DNA from: an uncultured Merdimonas sp.
GTDB taxonomy: Bacteria; Bacillota; Clostridia; Lachnospirales; Lachnospiraceae
Length of the DNA stretch: 64,000 nt
Direction of reading: 5' to 3'
Assembly: GCA_944375885.1 (NCBI GenBank)
Contig: CALWBB010000001.1
Span: 42,166-106,165, forward strand
The notes below the pieces were generated by a model. That model ran no database searches and was not told the origin of the DNA. It saw only the letters and a program-made list of their open reading frames with translations. The position numbers were made by a program, and so were the translations under genes. Shown one piece after another: positions 46,974 to 57,068 of the stretch. The number at the start of each line of letters is the position of its first letter. Position 1 is the first letter of the stretch.

Positions 46974-48131
46974 ATGAAGAAAAGGTTTTTGGCAGTTGTT
47001 TTGGGGATAGCAATGATTAGTTCGCTTTTTACTGGTTGTGGAAATGCAGATGCTGATACGAAACCGGCAGCGGAAGACAGCTCTGCCGCTGAGGAAAGTA
47101 GTGGGGATACAGAGGAGGCATCTGATGGAGTATATAAAATCGCGTTAAGTAACTCTTATATGGAGAACGGATGGCGTCAGGAAATGGAAGCTGTTGCGGA
47201 GATGGTAGCGGCAACAGATGAGTACAAAGAAAAATGTGTTCTTGACATATATAATACAGACAATACGGTTGAAGCACAGGTTGCGTCCCTGGAGACTTTG
47301 ATTGAAATGGATTATGATGCGATTATTATAGACTGCTGTTCGGAAAGTGGATTAACGACTACGATTGACAATGCTGTTGACAGAGGGATTGTAGTTGTTA
47401 CATTTGACAGCAACTCCACGTCAGAAAAGGCGTATTCAGTTGCGATTGACAGTTCCAAATCCTATGCTCTTACAGCTACTGTACTAGCAGAGTCGATTGG
47501 AGGAGCTGGAAATATTGTAGTAGACAGGGGTATTTCCAGTACTTCTACCTCTATTGGAATTTATGATACAGTCATGGGAGTCTTTGAAAAATATCCGGAT
47601 ATCAATGTAGTGGCTGAATTTGATGGTGAATTTAATGAGGGAACGATTCAGAATGAATTTGGAACGCTGCTTGCTACCAATGATATAGACGCCTGCTTCA
47701 CACAGTCTCATACAACGGCGATCATCAATGCATGCAATGATGCTGGGGTTGATCCGGTTCCGTGTAATGGAGATACCTACAACAGCAATATCATCGCAAA
47801 CGCAGAGGCGGGTGTGTCAGGAGCGTTTACTCCCTGGTATGTGGGTATGAGCGTTATGGCTATGGATACCGCGATTGCTGTGCTGAATGGTGAAGAAGTT
47901 GAACAGCATACAGTAGTGGCTCCGGATATTTTAATTGTGGATAACGGCCTTGACTTTACTGAGATTGATAAGGCGGCTGAGGAACTTGGCGTTGGATATA
48001 AAATTGCAGAGGAAGGTATAGACTATTCGTCCGAATGGCCGGATCAGTTCCTGTGGCCTGTGCTGCCGGCAGATTATCCGGTTCAGGTTAACCCTCAGGA
48101 TCTTGTAGACTTCATGGCAGGTAATGAATAA
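46974..48131 (+). CDS. Sugar ABC substrate-binding lipoprotein (RbsB-like)
   Basis: Lipobox FTGC, IALSNSYMENGWRQEM, VVVTFDS. Confidence 0.88.
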   Translation: MKKRFLAVVLGIAMISSLFTGCGNADADTKPAAEDSSAAEESSGDTEEASDGVYKIALSNSYMENGWRQEMEAVAEMVAATDEYKEKCVLDIYNTDNTVEAQVASLETLIEMDYDAIIIDCCSESGLTTTIDNAVDRGIVVVTFDSNSTSEKAYSVAIDSSKSYALTATVLAESIGGAGNIVVDRGISSTSTSIGIYDTVMGVFEKYPDINVVAEFDGEFNEGTIQNEFGTLLATNDIDACFTQSHTTAIINACNDAGVDPVPCNGDTYNSNIIANAEAGVSGAFTPWYVGMSVMAMDTAIAVLNGEEVEQHTVVAPDILIVDNGLDFTEIDKAAEELGVGYKIAEEGIDYSSEWPDQFLWPVLPADYPVQVNPQDLVDFMAGNE

Positions 48132-48162
48132 AAAGTGAGATATCCGGAACGGGGATAAAAAC

Positions 48163-48200
48163 GGGCTGCCGTAAGCTGGAAAAAGAGTTTACGGCAGCCC
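48163..48200 (+). terminator. Hairpin after the SBP gene
   Basis: GGGCTGCCGTAAG / TTTACGGCAGCCC inverted repeat. Confidence 0.65.
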
Positions 48201-48230
48201 AGCTTTAAAAAGTTTTTAAGGAGAAGATAT

Positions 48231-49718
48231 ATGGCTGATTTTGAAATGCGTCAAATCTCCAAAAAATTTGGAAATGTTCATGCACTGGAAAAAGCAAACT
48301 TTTCTGCCAACAAAGGGGATATCATGGGGCTGTTGGGAGAAAATGGAGCTGGAAAAAGCACATTGGTTAAGGTATTGTGCGGCGTCGAAAAAGAAGATGA
48401 GGGTGAAGTCCTTCTGTTCGGGAAAAAAATGCTCCGCCGGACACCAAAGGAAGCGATGGCTGAAGGGGTGAGAGTAGTCCATCAGGAACTCAGCCTGGTT
48501 TCTAACGCAACCGTGTCGGAAAATCTTTTTATGACAGAAGAAGAAAAGCCTTATAGACGGAAAACAATAAAAGAATTAAATAAAAAAGCTGAAGCGTTAT
48601 TTAAAAAATTTGGTGTAGAGGATATTGACTGCACACAGTATGTACGGGAGCTTCCTCTGGCAAAATGCCAGAAGGTTGAAATATTGAAGGCTTTGGCTTT
48701 TGAATTTGATATCCTGGTTTTGGATGAGGCAACATCGGCCTTGACAGAAAAGGATGTGGAATGGCTTTTTGAACTTATCAGAAAATTGTCCAAAGAAGGG
48801 AAAATTATTATTTTTATTTCGCACAGGCTGCAGGAAATTAATAGTATCTGCGAACAGATTACAATCTTCCGAAATGGTACGAGTGTCTGCGAGGCAAAGA
48901 AAGACGAGCTGGATACGGATCAGATGGTAACGCTGATGCTGGGAAGAAAGATAGCGGGATATTATCCAGAAAAAGCTCACAGCAGGAAAGAAGAGGTTCT
49001 TTTGCATGTGGAAAACTTGCGCAATGGGGAACTGACAGGAGTTTCCTTTGAACTGCACGCAGGAGAAATTTTGGGAATCGGTGGTTTGTCAGGACAGGGA
49101 CAGTCAGAACTTTTTGAAGTTTTATACGGTGCGAAAGGCGCTGAAGGAAAAATAGAGATAAAAGGGAAAGAGTGCAGGCTGCGCAGTACTGCGTCGGCAT
49201 TAAAGAGAGGGATTGCCCTGATTCCGGAAGATAGGGGTAAGCAGGGATTGGTGCTTCCGATGTCTGTAAAAGAGAATATTACACTGGCATCTCTGGGGAA
49301 AATTAGGAAAGGCATTTTTTTAAGTGCATTGAAAGAAAGCCAGTCAGTTAAAAAAATGATAGAAAAACTACAGATCAAAACAGATACGCCAGAGGTGCAG
49401 GTTGTTACGCTGTCAGGCGGAAATCAGCAGAAGGTTGTCCTGGCAAAACAGCTTCTTGCAGAACCAGATATTCTGCTTATGTATGACATTACCAGAGGGG
49501 TAGATGTTGGGACAAAACGTGAGATGTTTAATCTGATGCAGGAGCATTGTCAGGAAGGGAAGGCGATTTTATTCTTTTCTACGGATACAGAAGAACTGGT
49601 TCACATGTGTGACAGCATATATGTCATGTTTGAGGGCAGGTTTAAAGCACATTTGCAGGGAGACTCCATGACGGAAGAAAATATTATCCGCGTTTCGGTA
49701 GGTGAGGCTGCTGTGTAG
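48231..49718 (+). CDS. Sugar ABC ATP-binding protein (RbsA family)
   Basis: GENGAGKST, LDEATS, IPEDR, LSGGNQQKV, TRGVDVG. Confidence 0.93.
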   Translation: MADFEMRQISKKFGNVHALEKANFSANKGDIMGLLGENGAGKSTLVKVLCGVEKEDEGEVLLFGKKMLRRTPKEAMAEGVRVVHQELSLVSNATVSENLFMTEEEKPYRRKTIKELNKKAEALFKKFGVEDIDCTQYVRELPLAKCQKVEILKALAFEFDILVLDEATSALTEKDVEWLFELIRKLSKEGKIIIFISHRLQEINSICEQITIFRNGTSVCEAKKDELDTDQMVTLMLGRKIAGYYPEKAHSRKEEVLLHVENLRNGELTGVSFELHAGEILGIGGLSGQGQSELFEVLYGAKGAEGKIEIKGKECRLRSTASALKRGIALIPEDRGKQGLVLPMSVKENITLASLGKIRKGIFLSALKESQSVKKMIEKLQIKTDTPEVQVVTLSGGNQQKVVLAKQLLAEPDILLMYDITRGVDVGTKREMFNLMQEHCQEGKAILFFSTDTEELVHMCDSIYVMFEGRFKAHLQGDSMTEENIIRVSVGEAAV

Positions 49719-49751
49719 TTTATTAAGGGATAAAAGAAGAGGTTGTTAGCT

Positions 49752-50729
49752 ATGCGAAAAAGAGACTATAAAAGATTCATACATATCACACCGGACGGGA
49801 AAAGAACTGTAGTTTCTTTTATTCTGCTGGTGCTCTTTTTGGTTGTGATGTATATTGTACAGCCGGAGATTATGAAATTTTCAAGAATTGCAACTATTAC
49901 AAATGGACAGCTGTGTCTTCTGCTGGCAGGAATTGGGCAGACATTTGTTTTGCTGGCAGGCGGGATTGACCTGTCCATTGGAGGTGTGATATGCCTAAGC
50001 AATTCTGTGGCAGCTTTGTATATGCCGGATAGTATTCCTGGAATGATTCTGATGAGCATTTTGATTGTGGCGCTGGGAACTGGAATAGGTTTTTTTAATG
50101 GATATATCATAACCCGGTTTAATGTGCAGCCCTTTGTGGTTACTTTTACTGTCAATTATGTGCTGTTGGGAATTTCGCTGCTGATTCTGCCTATAGACGG
50201 AGGTAATCCGCCTTCCAGGTATGTTTCAGCCTTGCTGCACAATTTCGGCCAGGTTTCTGTTTCCATGATCATTGTCGTTTTGATTGTAATATGCTGGATT
50301 CTTATACGGAGAACCCGTTTTGTGCGGAATGTGTATGTAGTAGGCTGTAATGAGAAGGCGGGTTTTTTGAACGGCATCCGCGTTTCGCAGGTGAAAATGC
50401 TCACATTTGCAATTTCCGGCGGCTTGGCGGCATTGGCAGGTTTATGGAGAACAGCGCAGCTGGCTTCTGGTTCTCCAGATGCAGGTGATGCAATGACGAT
50501 GCCATCCATTACAATTTCGGTTATTGGAGGAACCAGTATGGCAGGCGGAATGGGAGGCGCGATCGGTACAATTGCCGGGGCATATATTTTGCGCCTGATT
50601 CAGGATCTTCTTACATTTATGGGGGCAAAATCCTTCTGGTCTACAGTATTCCAGGGTGTATTTCTTGTCGTAACTGTAGGGGTATGCTCTGTAATAGATA
50701 TGAGAAAAGGGGGAAAAAAGAATGGATAA
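49752..50729 (+). CDS. Sugar ABC permease
   Basis: AGGIDLSIG, VGCNEKAGFLNGI, IGGTSMAGG. Confidence 0.9.
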   Translation: MRKRDYKRFIHITPDGKRTVVSFILLVLFLVVMYIVQPEIMKFSRIATITNGQLCLLLAGIGQTFVLLAGGIDLSIGGVICLSNSVAALYMPDSIPGMILMSILIVALGTGIGFFNGYIITRFNVQPFVVTFTVNYVLLGISLLILPIDGGNPPSRYVSALLHNFGQVSVSMIIVVLIVICWILIRRTRFVRNVYVVGCNEKAGFLNGIRVSQVKMLTFAISGGLAALAGLWRTAQLASGSPDAGDAMTMPSITISVIGGTSMAGGMGGAIGTIAGAYILRLIQDLLTFMGAKSFWSTVFQGVFLVVTVGVCSVIDMRKGGKKNG

Positions 50730-51687
50730 GACATTATTCTGGAAAAAGAACAGTACCATTATATCGCGGTATCTGATTGTGGTGATTTTATTTATTCTGA
50801 TTTCTGTTTTGAGGCCGGGCTTTGCCAGTGGTACACATATCAGGGTTTTGCTGGCAGAAGCAGCTATTATAGGCTGCGCGGCGATAGGTCAGACACTGGT
50901 GATTATTACAGGTGGTATTGATATGTCGGTTCCGTGGATTTTTAATGCAGCTGCAATGGCGGCGTTTACCTTTTCTAATATTTACAGCGGAGCGGGCCTG
51001 ATAGTGGCACTTATTGGAATTATACTGGCAGGATTTCTTCTAGGACTTTTGAATGGGGTAGGCGTTACCTGCCTTGGGATCCCTTCGATTGTAATGACGT
51101 TGGGAATGAATACAATTCTGCAGGGGGTTGTCACGGGGCTTACCTCTGGCTCCATTGTGGGGTATGCTCCGGAAATTTTGAATTTCCTCGCGACAGGGAC
51201 TGTGGGCGGTATATCTGTTGCTCTGCTGTTTTGGCTGATGCTGATTGCCGTGACCATGCTTTTGCTGCGCAAGACTAGCTATGGCCGCGCTTTGTACGCC
51301 CTGGGAAATAATCGTGTGGTCGCGAATTTTTCCGGGATCCGAGTAAAAAAGACAGAAGCGATTGCGTATGGAATCAGTGGAATGTCTGCGGCAATGGCAG
51401 GATTAATGCTGCTGGGAAGGACTGGCTCTGCGTATCTTGGAATGGGAAATGAATTCCAGTTTGAATCTATAGCGGCGGTTGCCCTGGGCGGAGTGTCTAT
51501 GTCTGGCGGAAGTGGAAGCTATCTGGGTACTGTGGCAGGCGCACTGACGATTGCAGTACTCTTATCTATCCTTACAGCGTTAAATTTGTCTCAGGCGATG
51601 CAGCAGGTCTTATATGGAATTGTCCTGTTTGTTGCTGTATTGGCAGCGACTTTGCAGAATGCCAGGAATAAGAGCTCTAAACTATAA
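50722..51687 (+). CDS. Sugar ABC permease
   Basis: TGGIDMSV, LGNN..A.FSGI, LGGVSMSGG.G. Confidence 0.9.
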   Translation: MDKTLFWKKNSTIISRYLIVVILFILISVLRPGFASGTHIRVLLAEAAIIGCAAIGQTLVIITGGIDMSVPWIFNAAAMAAFTFSNIYSGAGLIVALIGIILAGFLLGLLNGVGVTCLGIPSIVMTLGMNTILQGVVTGLTSGSIVGYAPEILNFLATGTVGGISVALLFWLMLIAVTMLLLRKTSYGRALYALGNNRVVANFSGIRVKKTEAIAYGISGMSAAMAGLMLLGRTGSAYLGMGNEFQFESIAAVALGGVSMSGGSGSYLGTVAGALTIAVLLSILTALNLSQAMQQVLYGIVLFVAVLAATLQNARNKSSKL

Positions 51688-51722
51688 AAATAGATTCATT
51701 TAAGGAAAGGATGGGATGCTTT

Positions 51723-52469
51723 ATGATTATTGACGCGCATAGTCATCTGGGATATGATGTGGCTTTCGATCTTGACAATGACGAAAACCTTCTCATTGAA
51801 AACTGCAAGAAATACGGTGTGGATGGAGCTATTGTGCAGCCTTTTATTCCGAGGCCTTATGTAGAAGACTATAAAGCAATACATGACAGAATTTATAAGC
51901 TGACACAAAACAAAGAAAGAAAATTCTGGGGTATGTCTTCCATGAATCCACATTTCCGGATAGAGGAATATGCAGAGGAGACAGAACGGTGCGTGAAAGA
52001 ACTGGGATTTGTGGCGGCAAAACTGACACCAATTGGACATGCAGTCAATCCTGCATCCAGGGATGGATTGGCATGCTGTGATGTGGTTAGAAAGCTCGGG
52101 ATTCCTTTGATGATCCATACAGGAAATGGGGGGAGTTTTGCAGATCCGATTCAGGTGGCAAAGGTAGCGGAAGAATTTCCGGATTTAGTTATCGTTATGG
52201 CGCATGCGGGTTCTGGCGGAGGTTCTATTGGAACAGCATCTTATATTGCGCGGACACATGATAACGTGTACCTGGAACCCAGCTGGGTGGATATCGCGGC
52301 TCTGGAAGGAATGCTAAAAGAAGTGGGCTGTTCAAAATTGATGTTTTCTTCTGATGTTGTGGATAACATTCCGGTAGAACTGGCCAAGTACAGGACGGCT
52401 GTAAAAAAAGAGACGGACTTAGAGAGAATACTGTCCGGGACAGCTGTGGAGGTGTTTGGCCTGAAATGA
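51723..52469 (+). CDS. Amidohydrolase_2 family metallo-hydrolase (possible lactonase)
   Basis: IIDAHSH, IHTG, AHAG, FSSD metal-ligand motifs. Confidence 0.85.
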   Translation: MIIDAHSHLGYDVAFDLDNDENLLIENCKKYGVDGAIVQPFIPRPYVEDYKAIHDRIYKLTQNKERKFWGMSSMNPHFRIEEYAEETERCVKELGFVAAKLTPIGHAVNPASRDGLACCDVVRKLGIPLMIHTGNGGSFADPIQVAKVAEEFPDLVIVMAHAGSGGGSIGTASYIARTHDNVYLEPSWVDIAALEGMLKEVGCSKLMFSSDVVDNIPVELAKYRTAVKKETDLERILSGTAVEVFGLK

Positions 52470-53506
52470 AAGCTTTAGTGAAATATCAAGATGGCCCGGG
52501 AAATATGGATATCCGGGATATTCCGGAACCACAGCCGGCAGAGGGGCAGGTAAAAATTGAAATAAAGGAAGCTGGGATTTGCGGTTCGGATCTGCACATT
52601 TATAACAGTGATATCGCAATTCCTGTAAATCCCCCAGTAGTACCAGGACATGAATTCTCAGGCGTAGTGGCTGCAGTTGGCACAGGGGTTACTAAATTTA
52701 AACCAGGAGATCGTGTGGTTGCGGAAGCGGCATATTATTACTGCAGAGACTGCCGATATTGCCGGCAGGGTTTTTATAATCTGTGCATCCGCAAAAAGAG
52801 CCTGGGTTATTGGTTTGATGGAGCGTTTGAAGCGTATACAATAGCGGAAGAAGCGAATGTCCATTTGCTTCCGGATGAGATAGACTTTGTGTCGGGAGCG
52901 ATGCTGGAACCTTTGGCATGCTGTACACATGCGGTTTATGACTGCTGCCATATAGAGGCAGGCGATGTGGTGCTTGTATCAGGTCCGGGTGCGATTGGGC
53001 TGATAGCTGCCCAGATTGCGAAAGCAGAAGGTGCGGAGGTAGTGATTACCGGAACCGCTGCGGATAAGGAGCGGCTGGAAAAGGCCAGAGAACTGGGTAT
53101 CCACCACGCGGTAGATATACAGGAGGAAGACATAAAAGAATTCATAGATGCACTTACAGATGGGTATGGAGCAGATGTAGTATTGGAATGTTCGGGCAGC
53201 GAGCCGGGCATTCAATCTGGACTTGAATTGATCAAAAAGAGAGGATATTACTGTCAGATAGGACTGACAGGAAAGCCGATTACATTTGATATAGAACAGA
53301 TATGCTATAAGGAAATCCATTTCAGCGGTTCAATGGCTTCTACGTATCTGAATTGGGAAAAAGGAATTAAGCTGGTCCGGCAAGGGCTTGTCCGCCTCTC
53401 CCCATTGCTTACTCATAGGATGAAACTGGAGGAATGGGAAAAGGCTTTTCAAATGTTCCGCAGAAAAGAAGGTATCAAATTATTTTTAGACACAGTTCAA
53501 AACTAG
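52466..53506 (+). CDS. Zn-dependent sugar/polyol dehydrogenase
   Basis: GICGSD, GHEFSG, C..C..C...C, EPLAC, GPGAIG. Confidence 0.92.
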   Translation: MKALVKYQDGPGNMDIRDIPEPQPAEGQVKIEIKEAGICGSDLHIYNSDIAIPVNPPVVPGHEFSGVVAAVGTGVTKFKPGDRVVAEAAYYYCRDCRYCRQGFYNLCIRKKSLGYWFDGAFEAYTIAEEANVHLLPDEIDFVSGAMLEPLACCTHAVYDCCHIEAGDVVLVSGPGAIGLIAAQIAKAEGAEVVITGTAADKERLEKARELGIHHAVDIQEEDIKEFIDALTDGYGADVVLECSGSEPGIQSGLELIKKRGYYCQIGLTGKPITFDIEQICYKEIHFSGSMASTYLNWEKGIKLVRQGLVRLSPLLTHRMKLEEWEKAFQMFRRKEGIKLFLDTVQN

Positions 53507-53532
53507 CAAAAATAGAGGTGATTCATTTGAAA

Positions 53533-54270
53533 ATGGGTGATTTGACAGGAAGGACAGCGATTGTCACAGGCGGAGGAAGTGGAATTGGACGTGCCTGCTG
53601 TAAGGTGTTGGCAGAATATGGAGCGGAAGCAGTTGCCGCGGATATTAATCTTGAGGGAGCGGAAAAAACTGCAGAGAGTATCCAAGAACAGGGGGGAAAG
53701 GCAAGAGCAGTTTATCTGAATGTCGTGGAACTGGAGTCTGTGAAAGAAATGATGGAGAAGGTTTACCATGAATGCGGACGGATTGATATTCTGGTTAACA
53801 GCGCAGGGATCCTTGATCCGACTAGAGTTCCGGATATGACAGTGGAGAAATGGGACAGACTGATTGATATTAACTTAAGGGGAACCTTTTTCTGCTGCCA
53901 ACAGGCCCTTCCATATATGCAGAAAACGGGAAAAGGCGCCATTGTAAATATCGCTTCCCAGGCAGGCCAGGTGGGCGGTTGGATGGCAGGTGTGAATTAT
54001 TCGGCATCTAAAGGAGGCATATTGGCTTTGACAAAGGCGCTGGCACGACATTGCGGGCCGCTTGGAATCCGTGTGAATGATGTAGCGCCGGGGCAGATCG
54101 CTACAGAAATGACGGCAGGAAGAGGCGATACTCCGGACGGCATTGCTCTTGGAAGGCTTGGAACGGCTGAGGATGTCGCAAATGCAGTGTATTTTTTGGC
54201 AAGTGATCTTTCGAATTTTTGTACGGGAATGACTGTGGATGTGAATGGCGGACAATTTATGCGATCATAA
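53533..54270 (+). CDS. SDR oxidoreductase
   Basis: TGGGSGIG, NSAG, YSASK, VNGG; alternative TTG start at 53527. Confidence 0.9.
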   Translation: MGDLTGRTAIVTGGGSGIGRACCKVLAEYGAEAVAADINLEGAEKTAESIQEQGGKARAVYLNVVELESVKEMMEKVYHECGRIDILVNSAGILDPTRVPDMTVEKWDRLIDINLRGTFFCCQQALPYMQKTGKGAIVNIASQAGQVGGWMAGVNYSASKGGILALTKALARHCGPLGIRVNDVAPGQIATEMTAGRGDTPDGIALGRLGTAEDVANAVYFLASDLSNFCTGMTVDVNGGQFMRS

Positions 54271-54290
54271 AGGAATGACGGGAGAAACGG

Positions 54291-55364
54291 ATGAAAAAAT
54301 ATCTGAGTCCCTTGCAGGAGGCGGCGGAGAAATTTCCGCAGACACAATTATGGAATGATTCATGTGGGATAGCGGATATAGAACTCGCGCTGAGCAGAGG
54401 TGGCTGCGGAGCCACCTCCAATCCTGTAATTGTGGGGAATGTGCTGAGAAAAGAAAAATATTTATGGAAAGAGCGGCTGGAGACGATAATCCAGAAAGAA
54501 ATGTTGGACGCCACGGATGAAGAAATTTGCTGGCAGATTTCAAAAGAAGCCGGCCTTAAGGGGGCAGAAAAACTCCTGCCTCTGTTCCGTGAGAGCGGAG
54601 GGCAAAAAGGATGGCAGGCTATGCAGGTTAATCCAAGGTTTTATCGGAGTACGAGAAAGACAGTGGCTCATGCGGTGGAATTGTCGAGTTTGAGTGAGAA
54701 TATCCTGGTTAAAATGCCAGTGTCACAAGAGGGCGTTGCGGCGGTAGAGGAATGTGTGTATCGTGGCATTTCCGTTAACGGGACAGTATGTTTTGGCGTG
54801 CCTCAGGCGGTAGCGGTGGCGGAGGCCATTGAACGTGGCCTGAACCGGCGTGAGGCCGAAGGTTTATCGGTAAAAGGTTTGTTTAACAGCTGTACTATTA
54901 TGACGGGCAGGATTGACGATTATATAAAAAAGCTGGTGCACGAGCAGGAACTGCCTATTACAGAAGAATATCTGGATTTTGGAGGGGAAGCTGTTTTTAA
55001 AAAAATTTATAAGCTGTATGCTGAGCGGGGATATAGAGCCAAGCTGCTGGTGGCGAATAACCAGAGCCATTTTTTATGGACACGTTTTCTGGGCGGAGAT
55101 TTGCTGATGACAGTCAATCCTGTATGGTGGCGCAGGATGGAGGGAGCAGTGCTAGAGGTGCGCAGAACCATTGACGAGGAGCCTGACAGAACGGCTGTGC
55201 AGGAGCTTTTAGATAAAATCCCTGAATATCGGAAAATTTATTATGAGGACGGATTGCTGTTGGAACAGTTTAATTCGTTTGGCGCTTTTAAAAATACTAT
55301 GAATGAATTTTTTAAAGGATATGATGGTTTTATAGACTATCTAAGGACGTACATACTGGGGTGA
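54291..55364 (+). CDS. Transaldolase-family protein
   Basis: LWND, GATSNP, MQVNPR, LVKMP, NGTVCF, MTGRIDD. Confidence 0.85.
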   Translation: MKKYLSPLQEAAEKFPQTQLWNDSCGIADIELALSRGGCGATSNPVIVGNVLRKEKYLWKERLETIIQKEMLDATDEEICWQISKEAGLKGAEKLLPLFRESGGQKGWQAMQVNPRFYRSTRKTVAHAVELSSLSENILVKMPVSQEGVAAVEECVYRGISVNGTVCFGVPQAVAVAEAIERGLNRREAEGLSVKGLFNSCTIMTGRIDDYIKKLVHEQELPITEEYLDFGGEAVFKKIYKLYAERGYRAKLLVANNQSHFLWTRFLGGDLLMTVNPVWWRRMEGAVLEVRRTIDEEPDRTAVQELLDKIPEYRKIYYEDGLLLEQFNSFGAFKNTMNEFFKGYDGFIDYLRTYILG

Positions 55365-55413
55365 ATGGAGGCATAGTCGGTGTTGTACTGCCTGGAAAAG
55401 GAGGAGATGGAAA

Positions 55414-56073
55414 ATGCCTGTAAATGTATTGCAGCGGATTTTGGACAGTGGAATCATCGCTATTGTGAGAGAAATTCCCTGTGGAAAAATTGCAGCTCTT
55501 GCCGATGCTTTGGCAAAAGGTGGTATCACCTGTGTCGAGGTCACGTTTGATCAGAGCTGCCATAAGGGGCAGGAAAATGCTTTGGCTTCTATAAGGAAAT
55601 TAACAGAGAGTTATCGGGATACTCTTTGCGTGGGAGCCGGAACAGTTATGACATCAGCACAGGTGCGGCAGGCAGTGGAAGCAGGAGCTGAGTATATTAT
55701 TTCACCGGATGTGAACAGGGAAGTAGTAGAGGAAACCAAAAGACTAGGGAAAATATCGATCCCTGGAGCCCTGACGCCTACAGAGATTGCCCGGGCGTAC
55801 AGCTATGGGGCAGATATTGTAAAAGTGTTCCCAGCGGGAGTAATGGGGGTATCTTATATAAAATCGTTACAAGGCCCCTTAAAACATATTCCGCTTCTTG
55901 CAGTAGGGGGCATAAGCGCAGACAACTGCAGGGAATACCTGGATGCAGGGGCTCTGGGAATAGGAACGGGCGGGAACTTGGTAAGCCTGAAACTAGTAGA
56001 AGAAGAACGCTTTGATGAAATAACAGAGATAGCGAAGGCTTATACAAAGGCGTTGAGACGGCAGGGAGAATGA
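55414..56073 (+). CDS. eda: KDPG/KHG-type aldolase
   Basis: IAIVR, EVT, VGAGTV, ISP, PGALTPTE, VKVFPA, AVGGI. Confidence 0.9.
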   Translation: MPVNVLQRILDSGIIAIVREIPCGKIAALADALAKGGITCVEVTFDQSCHKGQENALASIRKLTESYRDTLCVGAGTVMTSAQVRQAVEAGAEYIISPDVNREVVEETKRLGKISIPGALTPTEIARAYSYGADIVKVFPAGVMGVSYIKSLQGPLKHIPLLAVGGISADNCREYLDAGALGIGTGGNLVSLKLVEEERFDEITEIAKAYTKALRRQGE

Positions 56074-57062
56074 GCGGAAAATATATCGTATATTATGACT
56101 CGGGAACATCAAACTCCCGGATATATCTTTTGGATCCAGGAAAGCGTGTGGTTTATGCAAAAAAGAAAAGCATAGGTTCCAAAGATTCTGCAATTGCGGG
56201 AAGCAATGCAATTTTACTGGATGGGCTGAAAACACTCTATGAGGATGCTATGAAGGAAATGGATCTGCAGGAAGATGATATAGGCGAGATCTATGCTTCG
56301 GGAATGGTAACTTCTCCATATGGCCTTAAAGAAATTCCACATCTGATTCTCCCGGTTACGGTAAAGACATTTTCTGACAGTATTGTGGATTTTTATGAAG
56401 CCAGCTGCTTTAAACGAAATATTCATTTGATTCCAGGACTGAAAACGGGGCATTCAGATATTACGTTTGTCAATAATATGCGCGGGGAAGAAATGGAAAT
56501 CATAGGGGTTATGGAAGAGGCAAGGAAGGTTTGCCAATGCAGAAATATGGCTTTGGCATTTCCGGGATCGCACACCCACATTGCGTATGTGCAGGATGAG
56601 AAGGTTTCCGGGCTTCTTTCTAATTTTACTGGGGAATTGTTCCATGTATTGAAAACAGGAAGTATCCTTGCGCCGATTCTGGGAACGGAAGTAGAGTGTT
56701 TAAATCCTGTAGAGGTAAGGCGCGGGGTAGAAAACTTGAAAAATATGGGATTTAACCGGGCGCTTTACATTTGTCATGCTATGAGGCTGTTTTCGTATGG
56801 TACGGACGAGGATAGGTTTTCGTATGCAGAAGGGGTCATCAACGGGGGAGTGAGGGAAGCTCTGGAATATTACTGCAGAAATTTTTGGAGCGAATGCCAT
56901 ACTCTGGCAGTGATTTCGGAAGAGTTCATGTATCGCCTGTATCGGGAAATTTTTGACGGGAGCCAATACATAAATAAAGTTGTGTGGATTCCGATATCTT
57001 CTGAAAAAAGTTATGCAGTTGAAGGATTAAAAGAAATTTTAGCTTGCAAAAATAAGGGGTGA
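56070..57062 (+). CDS. dgoK: 2-dehydro-3-deoxygalactonokinase family kinase
   Basis: DSGTSNSR, ASGMVTS..G..E.PH, IPG, MRGEE, PGSHTH, TGELF. Confidence 0.8.
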   Translation: MSGKYIVYYDSGTSNSRIYLLDPGKRVVYAKKKSIGSKDSAIAGSNAILLDGLKTLYEDAMKEMDLQEDDIGEIYASGMVTSPYGLKEIPHLILPVTVKTFSDSIVDFYEASCFKRNIHLIPGLKTGHSDITFVNNMRGEEMEIIGVMEEARKVCQCRNMALAFPGSHTHIAYVQDEKVSGLLSNFTGELFHVLKTGSILAPILGTEVECLNPVEVRRGVENLKNMGFNRALYICHAMRLFSYGTDEDRFSYAEGVINGGVREALEYYCRNFWSECHTLAVISEEFMYRLYREIFDGSQYINKVVWIPISSEKSYAVEGLKEILACKNKG

Positions 57063-57068
57063 AAAAGA

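Noticed and set aside
48231-49718. Degenerate motifs (LPLAKCQ, MYDITRG) in the RbsA-type ATPase
   Set aside because: Fused RbsA/MglA-type ATPases normally have one degenerate site.
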